Source of the DNA: a virus | Length of the DNA: 44,710 nt | Strand: one strand, 5' to 3' | UHGV virus genome: UHGV-0061377 | In this document: piece after piece, positions 31,440 through 44,710 of the stretch | Layout: each line of letters opens with the position of its first letter | How positions within the stretch are numbered: position 1 is the stretch's first letter | Notes under the pieces: generated by a model | What the model was told of the DNA's origin: nothing | Databases searched by the model: none | What the model saw: the letters and a program-made list of their open reading frames with translations, nothing else | Program-made: the position numbers and the translations under genes

Positions 31440-31862
31440 ATGTTCCTGAAAACCGAATCATTTGAACATAACGGCGTGACCGTCACGCTTTCTGAACTGT
31501 CAGCCCTGCAGCGTATTGAGCATCTCGCCCTGATGAAACGGCAGGCAGAACAGGCGGAGTCAGACAGCAACCGGAAGTTTACTGTGGAAGACGCCATCAG
31601 AACCGGTGCTTTTGTGGTAGCGATGTCCCTGTGGCATAACCATCCGCAGAAGACAAAGCTGCCTTCCATGAATGAAGCCGTTAAACAGATTGAGCAGGAA
31701 GTGCTTACCACCTGGCCTACAGAGGCAATTTCTCATGCTGAAAACGTGGTGTACCGGCTGTCCGGTATGTATGAGTTTGTGGTGAATGATGCCCCTGAAC
31801 AGGCAGAGGACGCCGGGTCTGCAGAGCCTGTTTCTGCGGGAAAGTGTTCGACGGTGAGCTGA
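31440..31862 (+). CDS. G: Tail assembly chaperone G
   Basis: 140 aa, lambda gpG-like. Confidence 0.95.
   Translation: MFLKTESFEHNGVTVTLSELSALQRIEHLALMKRQAEQAESDSNRKFTVEDAIRTGAFVVAMSLWHNHPQKTKLPSMNEAVKQIEQEVLTTWPTEAISHAENVVYRLSGMYEFVVNDAPEQAEDAGSAEPVSAGKCSTVS
31838..31844 (+). other. Programmed -1 ribosomal frameshift slippery site (GGGAAAG) producing the G-T fusion
   Basis: GGGAAAG sits near the 3' end of G; the downstream T-frame ORF is in the -1 frame relative to G, as in lambda. Confidence 0.85.
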
Positions 31863-32278
31863 GTTTTGCCCTGAAACTGGCGCGTGAGATGGGGCGACCT
31901 GACTGGCGCGCCATGCTTGCCGGGATGTCATCCACGGAGTATGCCGACTGGCACCGCTTTTACAGTACCCATTATTTTCATGATGTTCTGCTGGATATGC
32001 ACTTTTCCGGGCTGACGTACACCGTGCTCAGCCTGTTTTTCAGCGATCCGGATATGCATCCGCTGGATTTCAGTCTGCTGAACCGGCGCGAGGCTGACGA
32101 AGAGCCTGAAGATGATGTGCTGATGCAGAAAGCGGCAGGGCTTGCCGGAGGTGTCCGCTTTGGCCCGGACGGGAATGAAGTTATCCCTACTTCCCCGGAT
32201 GTGGCGGACATGACGGAGGATGACGTAATGCTGATGACAGTATCAGAAGGAATCGCAGGAGGAGTCCGGTATGGCTGA
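31844..32278 (+). CDS. T: T-frame portion of the G-T tail assembly chaperone (expressed only via the -1 frameshift)
   Basis: 144-codon open frame with lambda gpT-like sequence and no independent start context. Confidence 0.85.
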   Translation: MFDGELSFALKLAREMGRPDWRAMLAGMSSTEYADWHRFYSTHYFHDVLLDMHFSGLTYTVLSLFFSDPDMHPLDFSLLNRREADEEPEDDVLMQKAAGLAGGVRFGPDGNEVIPTSPDVADMTEDDVMLMTVSEGIAGGVRYG

Positions 32279-34832
32279 ACCGGTAGGCGATCTGGTCGTT
32301 GATTTGAGTCTGGATGCGGCCAGATTTGACGAGCAGATGGCCAGAGTCAGGCGTCATTTTTCCGGTACGGAAAGTGATGCGAAAAAAACAGCGGCAGTCG
32401 TTGAACAGTCGCTGAGCCGACAGGCGCTGGCTGCACAGAAAGCGGGGATTTCCGTCGGGCAGTATAAAGCCGCCATGCGTATGCTGCCTGCACAGTTCAC
32501 CGACGTGGCCACGCAGCTTGTAGGCGGGCAAAGTCCGTGGCTGATCCTGCTGCAACAGGGTGGTCAGGTTAAGGACTCCTTCGGCGGGATGATCCCCATG
32601 TTCAGGGGGCTTGCCGGTGCGATCACCCTGCCGATGGTGGGGGCCACCTCGCTGGCGGTGGCGACCGGTGCGCTGGCGTATGCCTGGTATCAGGGCAACT
32701 CAACCCTGTCCGATTTCAACAAAACGCTGGTCCTTTCCGGCAATCAGGCGGGACTGACGGCAGATCGTATGCTGGTCCTGTCCAGAGCCGGGCAGGCGGC
32801 AGGGCTGACGTTTAACCAGACCAGCGAGTCACTCAGCGCACTGGTTAAGGCGGGGGTAAGCGGTGAGGCTCAGATTGCGTCCATCAGCCAGAGTGTGGCG
32901 CGTTTCTCCTCTGCATCCGGCGTGGAGGTGGACAAGGTCGCTGAAGCCTTCGGGAAGCTGACCACAGACCCGACGTCGGGGCTGACGGCGATGGCACGCC
33001 AGTTCCATAACGTGACGGCGGAGCAGATTGCGTATGTTGCTCAGTTGCAGCGTTCCGGCGATGAAGCCGGGGCATTGCAGGCGGCGAACGAGGCCGCAAC
33101 GAAAGGGTTTGATGACCAGACCCGCCGCCTGAAAGAGAACATGGGCACGCTGGAGACCTGGGCAGACAGGACAGCGCGGGCATTCAAATCCATGTGGGAT
33201 GCGGTGCTGGATATTGGTCGTCCTGATACCGCGCAGGAGATGCTGATTAAGGCAGAGGCTGCGTTTAAGAAAGCAGACGACATCTGGAATCTGCGCAAGG
33301 ATGATTATTTTGTTAACGATGAAGCGCGGGCGCGTTACTGGGATGATCGTGAAAAGGCCCGTCTTGCGCTTGAAGCCGCCCGAAAGAAGACTGAGCAGCA
33401 GAGTCAACAGGACAAAAATGCGCAGCAGCAGAGCGATACCGAAGCGTCACGGCTGAAATACACCGAAGAGGCGCAGAAGGCTTACGAACGCCTGCAGACG
33501 CCGCTGGAGAAATATACCGCCCGTCAGGAAGAACTGAATAAGGCACTGAAAGACGGGAAAATCCTGCAGGCAGATTACAACACGCTGATGGCGGCGGCGA
33601 AAAAGGGCTATGAAGCGACGCTGAAAAAACCGAAACAGTCCGGCGTGAAGGTGTCTGCGGGCGATCGTCAGGAAGACAGTGCTCATGCTGCCCTGCTGAC
33701 GCTTCAGGCTGAACTCCGGACGCTGGAGAAGCATGCCGGAGCAAATGAGAAAATCAGCCAGCAGCGCCGGGATTTGTGGAAGGCGGAGAGTCAGTTCGCG
33801 GTACTGGAGGAGGCGGCGCAACGTCGCCAGCTGTCTGCACAGGAGAAATCCCTGCTGGCGCATAAAGATGAGACGCTGGAGTATAAACGCCAGTTGGCTG
33901 CACTTGGCGACAAGGTTACGTATCAGGAGCGCCTGAACGCGCTGGCGCAGCAGGCGGATAAATTCGCACAGCAGCAACGGGCAAAACGGGCCGCTATTGA
34001 TGCGAAAAGCCGGGGGCTGACTGACCGGCAGGCAGAACGGGAAGCCACGGAACAGCGCCTGAAGGAACAGTATGGCGATAATCCTCTGGCGCTGAATAAC
34101 GTCATGTCAGAGCAGAAAAAGACCTGGGCGGCTGAAGACCTGCTTCGCGGGAGCTGGATGGCAGGCCTCAGGTCCGGCTGGAGCGAGTGGAAAGAGAGTG
34201 CCACGGACAGTATGTCGCAGGTTAAAAGTGCTGCCACGCAGACCTTTGATGGTATTGCGCAGAATATGGCGGCGATGCTGACCGGCAGTGAACAGAACTG
34301 GCGCAGCTTCACCCGCTCCGTGCTGTCCATGATGACAGAAATTCTGCTTAAGCAGGCAATGGTGGGGATTGTCGGGAGTATCGGCAGCGCCATTGGCGGG
34401 GCTGTTGGTGGCGGCGCATCCGCGTCAGGCGGTACAGCCATTCAGGCAGCTGCGGCGAAATTCCATTTTGCGACCGGAGGGTTTACGGGAACCGGCGGCA
34501 AATATGAGCCAGCGGGGATTGTTCACCGTGGTGAATTTGTCTTCACTAAGGAGGCAACCAGCCGGATTGGCGTGGGGAATCTCTACCGGCTGATGCGCGG
34601 CTATGCCACCGGCGGTTATGTCGGTACACCGGGCAGCATGGCGGACAGCCGCTCGCAGGCGTCCGGGAAGTTTGAGCAGAATAACCATGTGGTGATTAAC
34701 AACGACGGCACGAACGGTCAGATAGGGCCACAGGCGCTGAAGGCGGTTTATGACGTAGCCCATAAGGCGGCAATGGATGTTGTGACCGGGCAGATGCGCG
34801 ATGGTGGTCTGTTCTCCGGAGGTGGACGATGA
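32271..34832 (+). CDS. H: Tail tape-measure protein H
   Basis: 853 aa, same length as lambda gpH and lambda-like. Confidence 0.95.
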   Translation: MAEPVGDLVVDLSLDAARFDEQMARVRRHFSGTESDAKKTAAVVEQSLSRQALAAQKAGISVGQYKAAMRMLPAQFTDVATQLVGGQSPWLILLQQGGQVKDSFGGMIPMFRGLAGAITLPMVGATSLAVATGALAYAWYQGNSTLSDFNKTLVLSGNQAGLTADRMLVLSRAGQAAGLTFNQTSESLSALVKAGVSGEAQIASISQSVARFSSASGVEVDKVAEAFGKLTTDPTSGLTAMARQFHNVTAEQIAYVAQLQRSGDEAGALQAANEAATKGFDDQTRRLKENMGTLETWADRTARAFKSMWDAVLDIGRPDTAQEMLIKAEAAFKKADDIWNLRKDDYFVNDEARARYWDDREKARLALEAARKKTEQQSQQDKNAQQQSDTEASRLKYTEEAQKAYERLQTPLEKYTARQEELNKALKDGKILQADYNTLMAAAKKGYEATLKKPKQSGVKVSAGDRQEDSAHAALLTLQAELRTLEKHAGANEKISQQRRDLWKAESQFAVLEEAAQRRQLSAQEKSLLAHKDETLEYKRQLAALGDKVTYQERLNALAQQADKFAQQQRAKRAAIDAKSRGLTDRQAEREATEQRLKEQYGDNPLALNNVMSEQKKTWAAEDLLRGSWMAGLRSGWSEWKESATDSMSQVKSAATQTFDGIAQNMAAMLTGSEQNWRSFTRSVLSMMTEILLKQAMVGIVGSIGSAIGGAVGGGASASGGTAIQAAAAKFHFATGGFTGTGGKYEPAGIVHRGEFVFTKEATSRIGVGNLYRLMRGYATGGYVGTPGSMADSRSQASGKFEQNNHVVINNDGTNGQIGPQALKAVYDVAHKAAMDVVTGQMRDGGLFSGGGR

Positions 34833-35158
34833 AAACCTTCCGCTGGAAAGTGAAACCCGGTATGGATGTGGCTTCGGCCCCTTCCGTCAGGAAAGTGCGC
34901 TTTGGTGATGGCTATTCCCAGCGAGCGCCTGCCGGGCTGAATGCCGACCTGAAAACGTACAGCGTGACGCTTTCTGTTCCCCGTTGGGAGGCCACGGCGC
35001 TGGAGTCGTTTCTGGCTGAGCACGGGGGCTGGAAATCCTTTCTGTGGACGCCGCCTTATGAGTGGCGGCAGATAAAGGTGACCTGCGCAAAATGGTCGTC
35101 GCGGGTCAGTATGCTGCGTGTTGAGTTCAGCGCAGAGTTTGAACAGGTGGTGAACTGA
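34829..35158 (+). CDS. M: Tail tip protein M
   Basis: 109 aa, lambda gpM-like. Confidence 0.95.
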   Translation: MKTFRWKVKPGMDVASAPSVRKVRFGDGYSQRAPAGLNADLKTYSVTLSVPRWEATALESFLAEHGGWKSFLWTPPYEWRQIKVTCAKWSSRVSMLRVEFSAEFEQVVN

Positions 35159-35856
35159 TGCAGGATATCCGGCAGGAAACACTGAATGAATGCACCCGTG
35201 CGGAGCAGTCGGCCAGCGTGGTGCTCTGGGAAATCGATCTGACAGAGGTCGGTGGAGAACGTTATTTTTTCTGTAATGAGCAGAACGAAAAAGGTGAGCC
35301 GGTTACCTGGCAGGGGCGGCAGTATCAGGCATACCCCATTCAGGGGACGGGATTTGAACTGAACGGCAAGGGCAGTGCTGCCCGTCCGACACTGACGGTT
35401 TCTAACCTGCACGGCATGGTCACCGGGATGGCGGAAGACCTGCAGAGTCTGGTCGGCGGAACGGTGGTCAGGCGTAAGGTTTACGCCCGTTTTCTGGATG
35501 CGGTGAACTTCGTCAACGGAAACAGTGACGCCGATCCGGAGCAGGAGGTGATCAGCCGCTGGCGCATCGAGCAGTGCAGCGAACTGAGCGCGGTGAGTGC
35601 CTCCTTTGTACTGTCCACGCCGACGGAAACGGATGGCGCTGTTTTTCCGGGACGTATCATGCTGGCCAACACCTGCACCTGGACCTATCGCGGTGACGAG
35701 TGCGGTTATAGCGGTCCGGCTGTCGCGGATGAATATGACCAGCCAACGTCCGATATCACGAAGGATAAATGCAGCAAATGCCTGAGCGGTTGTAAGTTCC
35801 GCAATAACGTCGGCAACTTTGGCGGCTTCCTTTCCATTAACAAACTTTCGCAGTAA
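35158..35856 (+). CDS. L: Tail tip protein L
   Basis: 232 aa, lambda gpL-like, including the C-terminal Cys cluster. Confidence 0.95.
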   Translation: MQDIRQETLNECTRAEQSASVVLWEIDLTEVGGERYFFCNEQNEKGEPVTWQGRQYQAYPIQGTGFELNGKGSAARPTLTVSNLHGMVTGMAEDLQSLVGGTVVRRKVYARFLDAVNFVNGNSDADPEQEVISRWRIEQCSELSAVSASFVLSTPTETDGAVFPGRIMLANTCTWTYRGDECGYSGPAVADEYDQPTSDITKDKCSKCLSGCKFRNNVGNFGGFLSINKLSQ

Positions 35857-35861
35857 ATCCC

Positions 35862-36605
35862 ATGACACAGACAGAATCAGCGATTCTGGCGCACGCCCGG
35901 CGATGTGCGCCAGCGGAGTCGTGCGGCTTCGTGGTAAGCACGCCGGAGGGGGAACGATATTTTCCCTGCGTGAATATTTCCGGTGAGCCGGAGGATTATT
36001 TCCGGATGGCTCCGGAGGACTGGCTGCAGGCAGAGATGCAGGGTGAGATTGTGGCACTGGTCCACAGTCATCCCTGTGGTCTGCCCTGGCTGAGTGAGGC
36101 TGACCGGCGGCTGCAGGTGCAGAGTGATTTGCCGTGGTGGCTGGTCTGCCGGGGGGCGATTCACAAGTTCCGCTGTGTGCCGCATCTCACCGGGCGGCGC
36201 TTTGAGCACGGGGTGACGGACTGTTACACGCTGTTCCGGGATGCTTATCATCTGGCGGGGATTGAGATGCCGGATTTTCATCGCGGGGATGACTGGTGGC
36301 GTCACGGTCAGAATCTCTATCTGGATAATCTGGAGGCCACAGGGCTGTATCAGGTGCCGTTGTCATCAGCACAACCGGGCGATGTGCTGCTGTGCTGTTT
36401 TGGTTCATCGGTGCCGAATCATGCCGCCATTTACTGTGGTGACGGCGAGCTGCTGCACCATATTCCTGAACAACTGAGCAAACGAGAGAGGTATACCGAC
36501 AAATGGCAGCGACGCACACACTCCCTCTGGCGTCACCGGGCATGGCGCGCATCTGCCTTTACGGGGATTTACAACGATTTGGCCGCCGCATCGACCTTCG
36601 TGTGA
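35862..36605 (+). CDS. K: Tail tip assembly protein K (JAB/MPN and NlpC/P60-like motifs)
   Basis: Lambda gpK-like, with the JAMM motif HSHPCGLPWLSEAD. The ORF as read is 247 aa and overlaps I by ~100 nt; the true stop may be earlier. Confidence 0.85.
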   Translation: MTQTESAILAHARRCAPAESCGFVVSTPEGERYFPCVNISGEPEDYFRMAPEDWLQAEMQGEIVALVHSHPCGLPWLSEADRRLQVQSDLPWWLVCRGAIHKFRCVPHLTGRRFEHGVTDCYTLFRDAYHLAGIEMPDFHRGDDWWRHGQNLYLDNLEATGLYQVPLSSAQPGDVLLCCFGSSVPNHAAIYCGDGELLHHIPEQLSKRERYTDKWQRRTHSLWRHRAWRASAFTGIYNDLAAASTFV

Positions 36606-37174
36606 AAACGGGGGCTGAAGCCATTCGGGCGCTGGCCACACAGCTCCCGGCGTTTCGTCAGAAACTGAGCGACGGCTGGTATCAGGTACGGATTTCCGGG
36701 CGGGACGTCAGCACGTCCGGATTGACGGCGCAGTTACATGAGGTTCTGCCTGACGGCGCTGTGATTCATATTGTTCCCAGAGTCGCCGGGGCCAAGTCAG
36801 GGGGCGTATTCCAGATTGTTCTGGGGGCTGCCGCCATTGCCGGATCATTCTTTACTGCCGGAGCCACCCTTGCAGCATGGGGGGCAGCCATTGGGGCCGG
36901 TGGTATGACCGGTATCCTGTTTTCTCTCGGTGCCAGTATGGTACTTGGTGGTGTGGCGCAGATGCTGGCACCGAAAGCCAGAACTCCCCGTACACAGACA
37001 ACGGATAACGGTAAGCAGAACACGTATTTCTCGTCACTGGATAACATGGTTGCCCAGGGCAATGTTCTGCCTGTTCTGTACGGTGAAATGCGCGTGGGGT
37101 CACGCGTGGTTTCTCAGGAGATCAGCACGGCAGACGAAGGGGATGGTGGTCAGGTTGTGGTGATTGGTCGCTGA
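36503..37174 (+). CDS. I: Tail tip assembly protein I
   Basis: 223 aa, lambda gpI-like. Confidence 0.93.
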   Translation: MAATHTLPLASPGMARICLYGDLQRFGRRIDLRVKTGAEAIRALATQLPAFRQKLSDGWYQVRISGRDVSTSGLTAQLHEVLPDGAVIHIVPRVAGAKSGGVFQIVLGAAAIAGSFFTAGATLAAWGAAIGAGGMTGILFSLGASMVLGGVAQMLAPKARTPRTQTTDNGKQNTYFSSLDNMVAQGNVLPVLYGEMRVGSRVVSQEISTADEGDGGQVVVIGR

Positions 37175-37231
37175 TGCAAAATGTTTTATGTGAAACCGCC
37201 TGCGGGCGGTTTTGTCGTTTATGGAGCGTGA

Positions 37232-40633
<3,402 letters not shown>

Positions 40634-40651
40634 ATTTTATAACCCAGAACG

Positions 40652-40677
40652 GGCGTCAGAAATGACGCCTTTTTTAT
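40652..40677 (+). terminator. Intrinsic terminator after J
   Basis: ggcgtca-gaaa-tgacgcc hairpin followed by ttttttt. Confidence 0.8.
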
Positions 40678-40699
40678 TGCAGAAAAGCGAGAGGTAATT

Positions 40700-41299
40700 A
40701 TGCGTAAACTTTATGCCGCCATTTTGTCCGCAGCCATCTGTCTGGCCGTATCCGGTGCGCCTGCATGGGCGTCTGAACATCAGTCCACGCTGAGCGCGGG
40801 CTATCTTCATGCCTCGACGAACGTTCCCGGCAGCGATGATCTTAACGGGATTAACGTGAAATACCGTTATGAGTTTACGGACACACTGGGGCTGGTGACG
40901 TCATTCAGCTATGCAGGAGACAATAATCGCCAGCTGACCCGTTACAGCGATACCCGCTGGCATGAAGATTCCGTGCGTAACCGCTGGTTCAGCGTGATGG
41001 CGGGGCCGTCTGTACGCGTGAATGAATGGTTCAGCGCGTATGTGATGGCGGGTGTGGCTTACAGCCGTGTGTCGACTTTCTCCGGGGATTATCTCCGCGT
41101 AACTGACAACAAGGGGAAAACGCACGAAGTTCTGACCGGAAGTGATGACGGTCGCCGCAGCAACACGTCTCTGGCGTGGGGGGCTGGCGTGCAGTTTAAC
41201 CCGACCGAATCCGTGGCCATTGATATTGCTTATGAAGGCTCCGGCAGTGGCGACTGGCGCACTGACGGTTTCATCGTGGGTGTCGGTTATAAGTTCTGA
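40700..41299 (+). CDS. lom: Outer-membrane beta-barrel protein Lom (Ail/Lom family)
   Basis: 199 aa with signal peptide and C-terminal aromatic residue (..GVGYKF), lambda Lom-like. Confidence 0.92.
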   Translation: MRKLYAAILSAAICLAVSGAPAWASEHQSTLSAGYLHASTNVPGSDDLNGINVKYRYEFTDTLGLVTSFSYAGDNNRQLTRYSDTRWHEDSVRNRWFSVMAGPSVRVNEWFSAYVMAGVAYSRVSTFSGDYLRVTDNKGKTHEVLTGSDDGRRSNTSLAWGAGVQFNPTESVAIDIAYEGSGSGDWRTDGFIVGVGYKF

Positions 41300-41325
41300 T
41301 TAGCCAGGTAACACAGTGTTATGAC

Positions 41326-41352
41326 AGCCCGCCGGTTCTGGCGGGCTTTTTT
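41326..41352 (+). terminator. Intrinsic terminator after lom
   Basis: gcccgcc-ggttct-ggcgggc hairpin followed by tttttt. Confidence 0.8.
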
Positions 41353-41363
41353 GTGGGGGGAAT

Positions 41364-44300
41364 ATGGCAGTAAAGATTTCAGGTGTACTGAAAGACGGTG
41401 CAGGTAAACCGGTACAGAACTGCACAATCCAGCTGAAAGCAAAACGTAACAGCACCACGGTGGTGGTGAACACGGTGGCATCTGAAAATCCGGATGAAGC
41501 CGGGCGTTACAGCATGGACGTTGAGTACGGTCAGTACAGCGTTATTCTGTTGGTGGAAGGATTCCCGCCGTCACATGCCGGGACCATCACCGTGTATGAA
41601 GATTCCCGACCCGGTACGCTGAATGATTTTCTCGGTGCCATGACGGAGGATGATGCCCGTCCGGAGGCACTGCGCCGCTTTGAACTGATGGTGGAAGAGG
41701 TGGCGCGTAACGCGTCCGCAGTGGCACAGAACACGGCAGCCGCAAAGAAGTCAGCCAGCGATGCCAGCACATCGGCCAGTGAGGCGGCAACCTATGCGAC
41801 TGATGCTGCAGACTCAGCACGCGCAGCCAGCACGTCAGCCGGACAGGCCGCGTCGTCGGCTCAGTCAGCGTCTTCCAGCGCAGGAACGGCATCAACAAAG
41901 GCTACTGAAGCATCAAAAAGTGCTGCCGCTGCAGAGTCCTCAAAAAGCGCGGAGGCTACCAGTGCCGGTGCGGCGAAAACGTCAGAAACGAATGCTGCAG
42001 CGTCACAAAAATCTGCAGCCACTTCTGCATCCACCGCGACCACGAAAGCGTCAGAAGCTGCCACCTCAGCCCGGGATGCGGCGGCCTCAAAAGAGGCAGC
42101 GAAATCATCAGAAACGAGCGCAGCCTCGAGCGCCAGTAGTGCAGCCTCTTCGGCAACGGCGGCAGGAAATTCCGCGAAGGCCGCAAAAACGTCTGAGACG
42201 AATGCGGATAACAGCGCACAGGCGGCAGCAGACTCACAAACTGCATCAGCAAACTCCGCGACAGCAGTCAAAAAATCAGAAACCAACGCGAAAAATAGCG
42301 AGGCAGCAGCAAAGAGCAGCGAAACCAACGCTAAAGCCAGCGAAACTAATGCTAAATCCAGTGAAACAAACGCGGCGAAATCTGCGGCGGACGCACTTAA
42401 TTATCGCAACCAGGCCCAGGGTATTGTTGGTACTAACATCGGTTTGGGATCATCACCGCGTGATTGCTCTGACATCTCAGGAAATCCATCAGGTTATATT
42501 GGCTTTATGCGCATCATGGAAAATGCCACGGGTTTTCCTTCGATTGCATCGGGTGAGGGTAATTTAACTGGCTTTATAAGTCAGGTTGACGGATCGCCAG
42601 CTTATACAGGTATTTTCCAGGGGTGGAACACCAGATCCATTTACACCTATCGCTGGTTAACTAGTATAGGCCCGCAATGGACACGCCACGCTCGCAAAGA
42701 TGAAGTCAGTCGATTATTTCAAAACGAATCGACGACTCGTATATATGGCCCAACTAACGATCGTTTCTTTGAAATCCATACTAACGGGAGTTGGGGGGTT
42801 TATGATTCTTCTTCTGGACAATGGTCTCCGTTAGGTTTAGCCCAGGGCGGTACTGGTGGAAGAACTATCGAGCAAGCACGTGCGAACTTGCGGGTAATGT
42901 ATGAGCAAAAAGCTGGTCTTGCTAATACTGACCTAAACACCCTTACCGGTGAATATTCTGGTTTCTATCAACAACCAGCGAGCGCTTACGCAACAGAAGA
43001 ATTAAATTACCCAATCGGTCTGGCGGGCGCTTTAATAGTGCTCCAAACGAGAGCCAACACTGCTTCTTCCTGCGTTCAGGTGTACTACCCTTATAATAAT
43101 CCGGGAATTACTTATAGACGAATATATGAAGGAGGTAGCGGTACCTGGTCTGAATGGAAGAGAGATGTATCAACAGAAAGGGTTGAAGAGGGAAAAGAAA
43201 CAACTTACGTATATTCTACGTATTCTTCAGGCGCACCACGCTTACAGGTTTCCAAATCTGGTTTGTGGGGTTGTCATAATGGCACTGGCTGGTTGCCATT
43301 AGCTGTTGGGCAAGGAGGTACAGGTGCGACAACAGTAGAAGATGCGCGAAACAACTTAAGTCTTGGCGAAAGTAGCGCAGTTAAATTTAAAAACCTTACT
43401 TTAACCGAAGCGCTCGACACGACATTAGGACTGCTTACAAAAACAGGACGAGACTGGAACACGCAGCATACTGATAACATTAATAAATTTATACCAATTG
43501 CAGGCAGTACAAACGGCCCGGCAGGTTCTATGGTTCTTGGCGGCATTCATGTTCAATTTAGTAAAAATTATGCTGTGCAGTTCGGAGGCCGCAATTCCGG
43601 TTTTTGGGGAAGAACAGTTGAAAACGGAACGACGCAGGAATGGAAGAAATTACTAACAGTAGACGATCTAAATTCATCCACCGATCTTGCTGTCAGGTCA
43701 TTAACCACATCTAACCCGTTAAAATCTGGCGGAGGGCGGATTGATGTCCTTGGAAGCACGTCAGACTATAGCAAAATGGATTGCTTTGTACGTGGGTTTG
43801 ATAGCACCGGTAATTCTCTCGCGTGGGCGTTGGGTTCATCAGTCGGCGTAAGTAAGATGCTGTCGCTAAAAAATTTCTTTAGCGGAGCTGAGATACTGCT
43901 AAATGGTAATGACGGCGCGGTTCAACTCAAAACAGGTGCTGTTAACGGGGCTAAAGCGCAGGCGCTCACTATCAACAAGGATGAGGTTAACTCAACTGTT
44001 GATTTAGCTCTTACAAAACAAACAGGGACTGGCAATCGTTTTGTTTTACAGAACTTAGGTAATACAGAACTATCATTTGCTGTCAAGGTGTGGGGTTCAG
44101 GTGATCGACAAAACGTTTTTGAGGTTGGAACGTCTGCCGCGTATCTGTTTTATGCTCAAAAAACATCGTCAGGTCAGCTGTTTGATGTAAACGGTGCTAT
44201 TAACTGTACAACACTGAATCAGTTATCAGACCGCGAGCTGAAAGACAATATTCAGATTATCAGTGACGCAACCGAAGCTATCCGTAAAATGAACGGGTAC

Positions 44301-44660
44301 ACCTACACACTTAAGGAAAACGGACTACCTTACGCTGGTGTTATTGCACAGGAAGCAATGGAGGCAATACCGGAAGCGGTAGGCTCATTCACTCATTACG
44401 GTAAAGAGTTGCAGGGACCAACGGTTGACGGCAATGAATTACGTGAAGAAACACGTTATCTGAATGTTGACTACGCCGCCGTGACTGGCTTACTTATTCA
44501 GGTCGCCCGTGAAACAGATGATCGCGTTACCGCGCTGGAAGAGGAAAATACAACGTTACGTGAAAATCTGGCAACAGCAGGCACCCGGATCACCACTCTG
44601 GAAAATCAGGTAAGCGAACTGGTTGCACTTGTCCGGCAGTTAACAGAAAGCGAACATTGA
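41364..44660 (+). CDS. stf: Side tail fiber protein with lambda Stf-like N-terminus, Ala/Ser-rich low-complexity repeats, and a C-terminal intramolecular-chaperone (peptidase S74-like) domain
   Basis: 1098 aa. N-terminus MAVKISGVLKDGAGKPVQNCTIQLKA... is lambda Stf-like. Central SETNA-type repeats. C-terminal ~130 aa resembles the self-cleaving chaperone domain of endosialidase and T5-type fibers, ending in a coiled coil. Confidence 0.85.
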   Translation: MAVKISGVLKDGAGKPVQNCTIQLKAKRNSTTVVVNTVASENPDEAGRYSMDVEYGQYSVILLVEGFPPSHAGTITVYEDSRPGTLNDFLGAMTEDDARPEALRRFELMVEEVARNASAVAQNTAAAKKSASDASTSASEAATYATDAADSARAASTSAGQAASSAQSASSSAGTASTKATEASKSAAAAESSKSAEATSAGAAKTSETNAAASQKSAATSASTATTKASEAATSARDAAASKEAAKSSETSAASSASSAASSATAAGNSAKAAKTSETNADNSAQAAADSQTASANSATAVKKSETNAKNSEAAAKSSETNAKASETNAKSSETNAAKSAADALNYRNQAQGIVGTNIGLGSSPRDCSDISGNPSGYIGFMRIMENATGFPSIASGEGNLTGFISQVDGSPAYTGIFQGWNTRSIYTYRWLTSIGPQWTRHARKDEVSRLFQNESTTRIYGPTNDRFFEIHTNGSWGVYDSSSGQWSPLGLAQGGTGGRTIEQARANLRVMYEQKAGLANTDLNTLTGEYSGFYQQPASAYATEELNYPIGLAGALIVLQTRANTASSCVQVYYPYNNPGITYRRIYEGGSGTWSEWKRDVSTERVEEGKETTYVYSTYSSGAPRLQVSKSGLWGCHNGTGWLPLAVGQGGTGATTVEDARNNLSLGESSAVKFKNLTLTEALDTTLGLLTKTGRDWNTQHTDNINKFIPIAGSTNGPAGSMVLGGIHVQFSKNYAVQFGGRNSGFWGRTVENGTTQEWKKLLTVDDLNSSTDLAVRSLTTSNPLKSGGGRIDVLGSTSDYSKMDCFVRGFDSTGNSLAWALGSSVGVSKMLSLKNFFSGAEILLNGNDGAVQLKTGAVNGAKAQALTINKDEVNSTVDLALTKQTGTGNRFVLQNLGNTELSFAVKVWGSGDRQNVFEVGTSAAYLFYAQKTSSGQLFDVNGAINCTTLNQLSDRELKDNIQIISDATEAIRKMNGYTYTLKENGLPYAGVIAQEAMEAIPEAVGSFTHYGKELQGPTVDGNELREETRYLNVDYAAVTGLLIQVARETDDRVTALEEENTTLRENLATAGTRITTLENQVSELVALVRQLTESEH

Positions 44661-44710
44661 TATCCTTCAAGCCCTGAAGGAGGCTGTTCCTGGTACGTTC
44701 AGACTGTTGT

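Noticed and set aside
35056-36057. 333-aa minus-strand ORF
   Set aside because: Antisense across the M, L and K genes, all of which have strong lambda homology on the plus strand.
41761-42567. 268-aa plus-strand alternative-frame ORF (Arg/Pro/Gln-rich) and several minus-strand ORFs in the same interval
   Set aside because: Frame artefacts of the repetitive Ala/Ser-codon region of stf; their composition merely mirrors the GCN/TCN repeats.

Overview
This window is almost entirely a lambda-like (lambdoid, cos-packaging) prophage in prophage gene order, starting just inside the left attachment site and running through the side tail fiber gene. Minus strand, left arm: integrase and excisionase, a block of small early genes (TraR-like zinc finger, Dam-like N6-adenine methyltransferase), then the Red recombination genes exo, bet and gam. 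Immunity region: a pL/OL-like operator, then a cI-type repressor (HTH + S24 peptidase) followed on the same strand by three AT-rich ORFs ending in a 4-helix membrane protein and an intrinsic terminator, then OR/pR and a divergent cro-like gene. Plus strand: a mosaic O replication gene containing ori-type iterons, lambda P, a ~5.5 kb cargo insert (inverse-autotransporter adhesin of 1302 aa plus a convergent esterase), the nin region (ninB, ninE, ybcO-like, rusA, ylcG), a Q-like antiterminator, the lysis cassette (holin, R, Rz/Rz1), bor, a lambda-identical cosN, and a lambda-type morphogenetic operon (nu1 through J), followed by lom and an 1098-aa side tail fiber. The most interesting candidate is the three-ORF module downstream of cI, which sits exactly where lambda carries rexA-rexB; I propose it as a lysogen-expressed anti-phage or exclusion system, though none of its proteins is recognisable to me. 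All homology calls are from my recall of lambda and E. coli prophage proteins; no database search was possible. GC statements are by eye, and coordinates of small motifs are hand-counted and may be off by a base or two.
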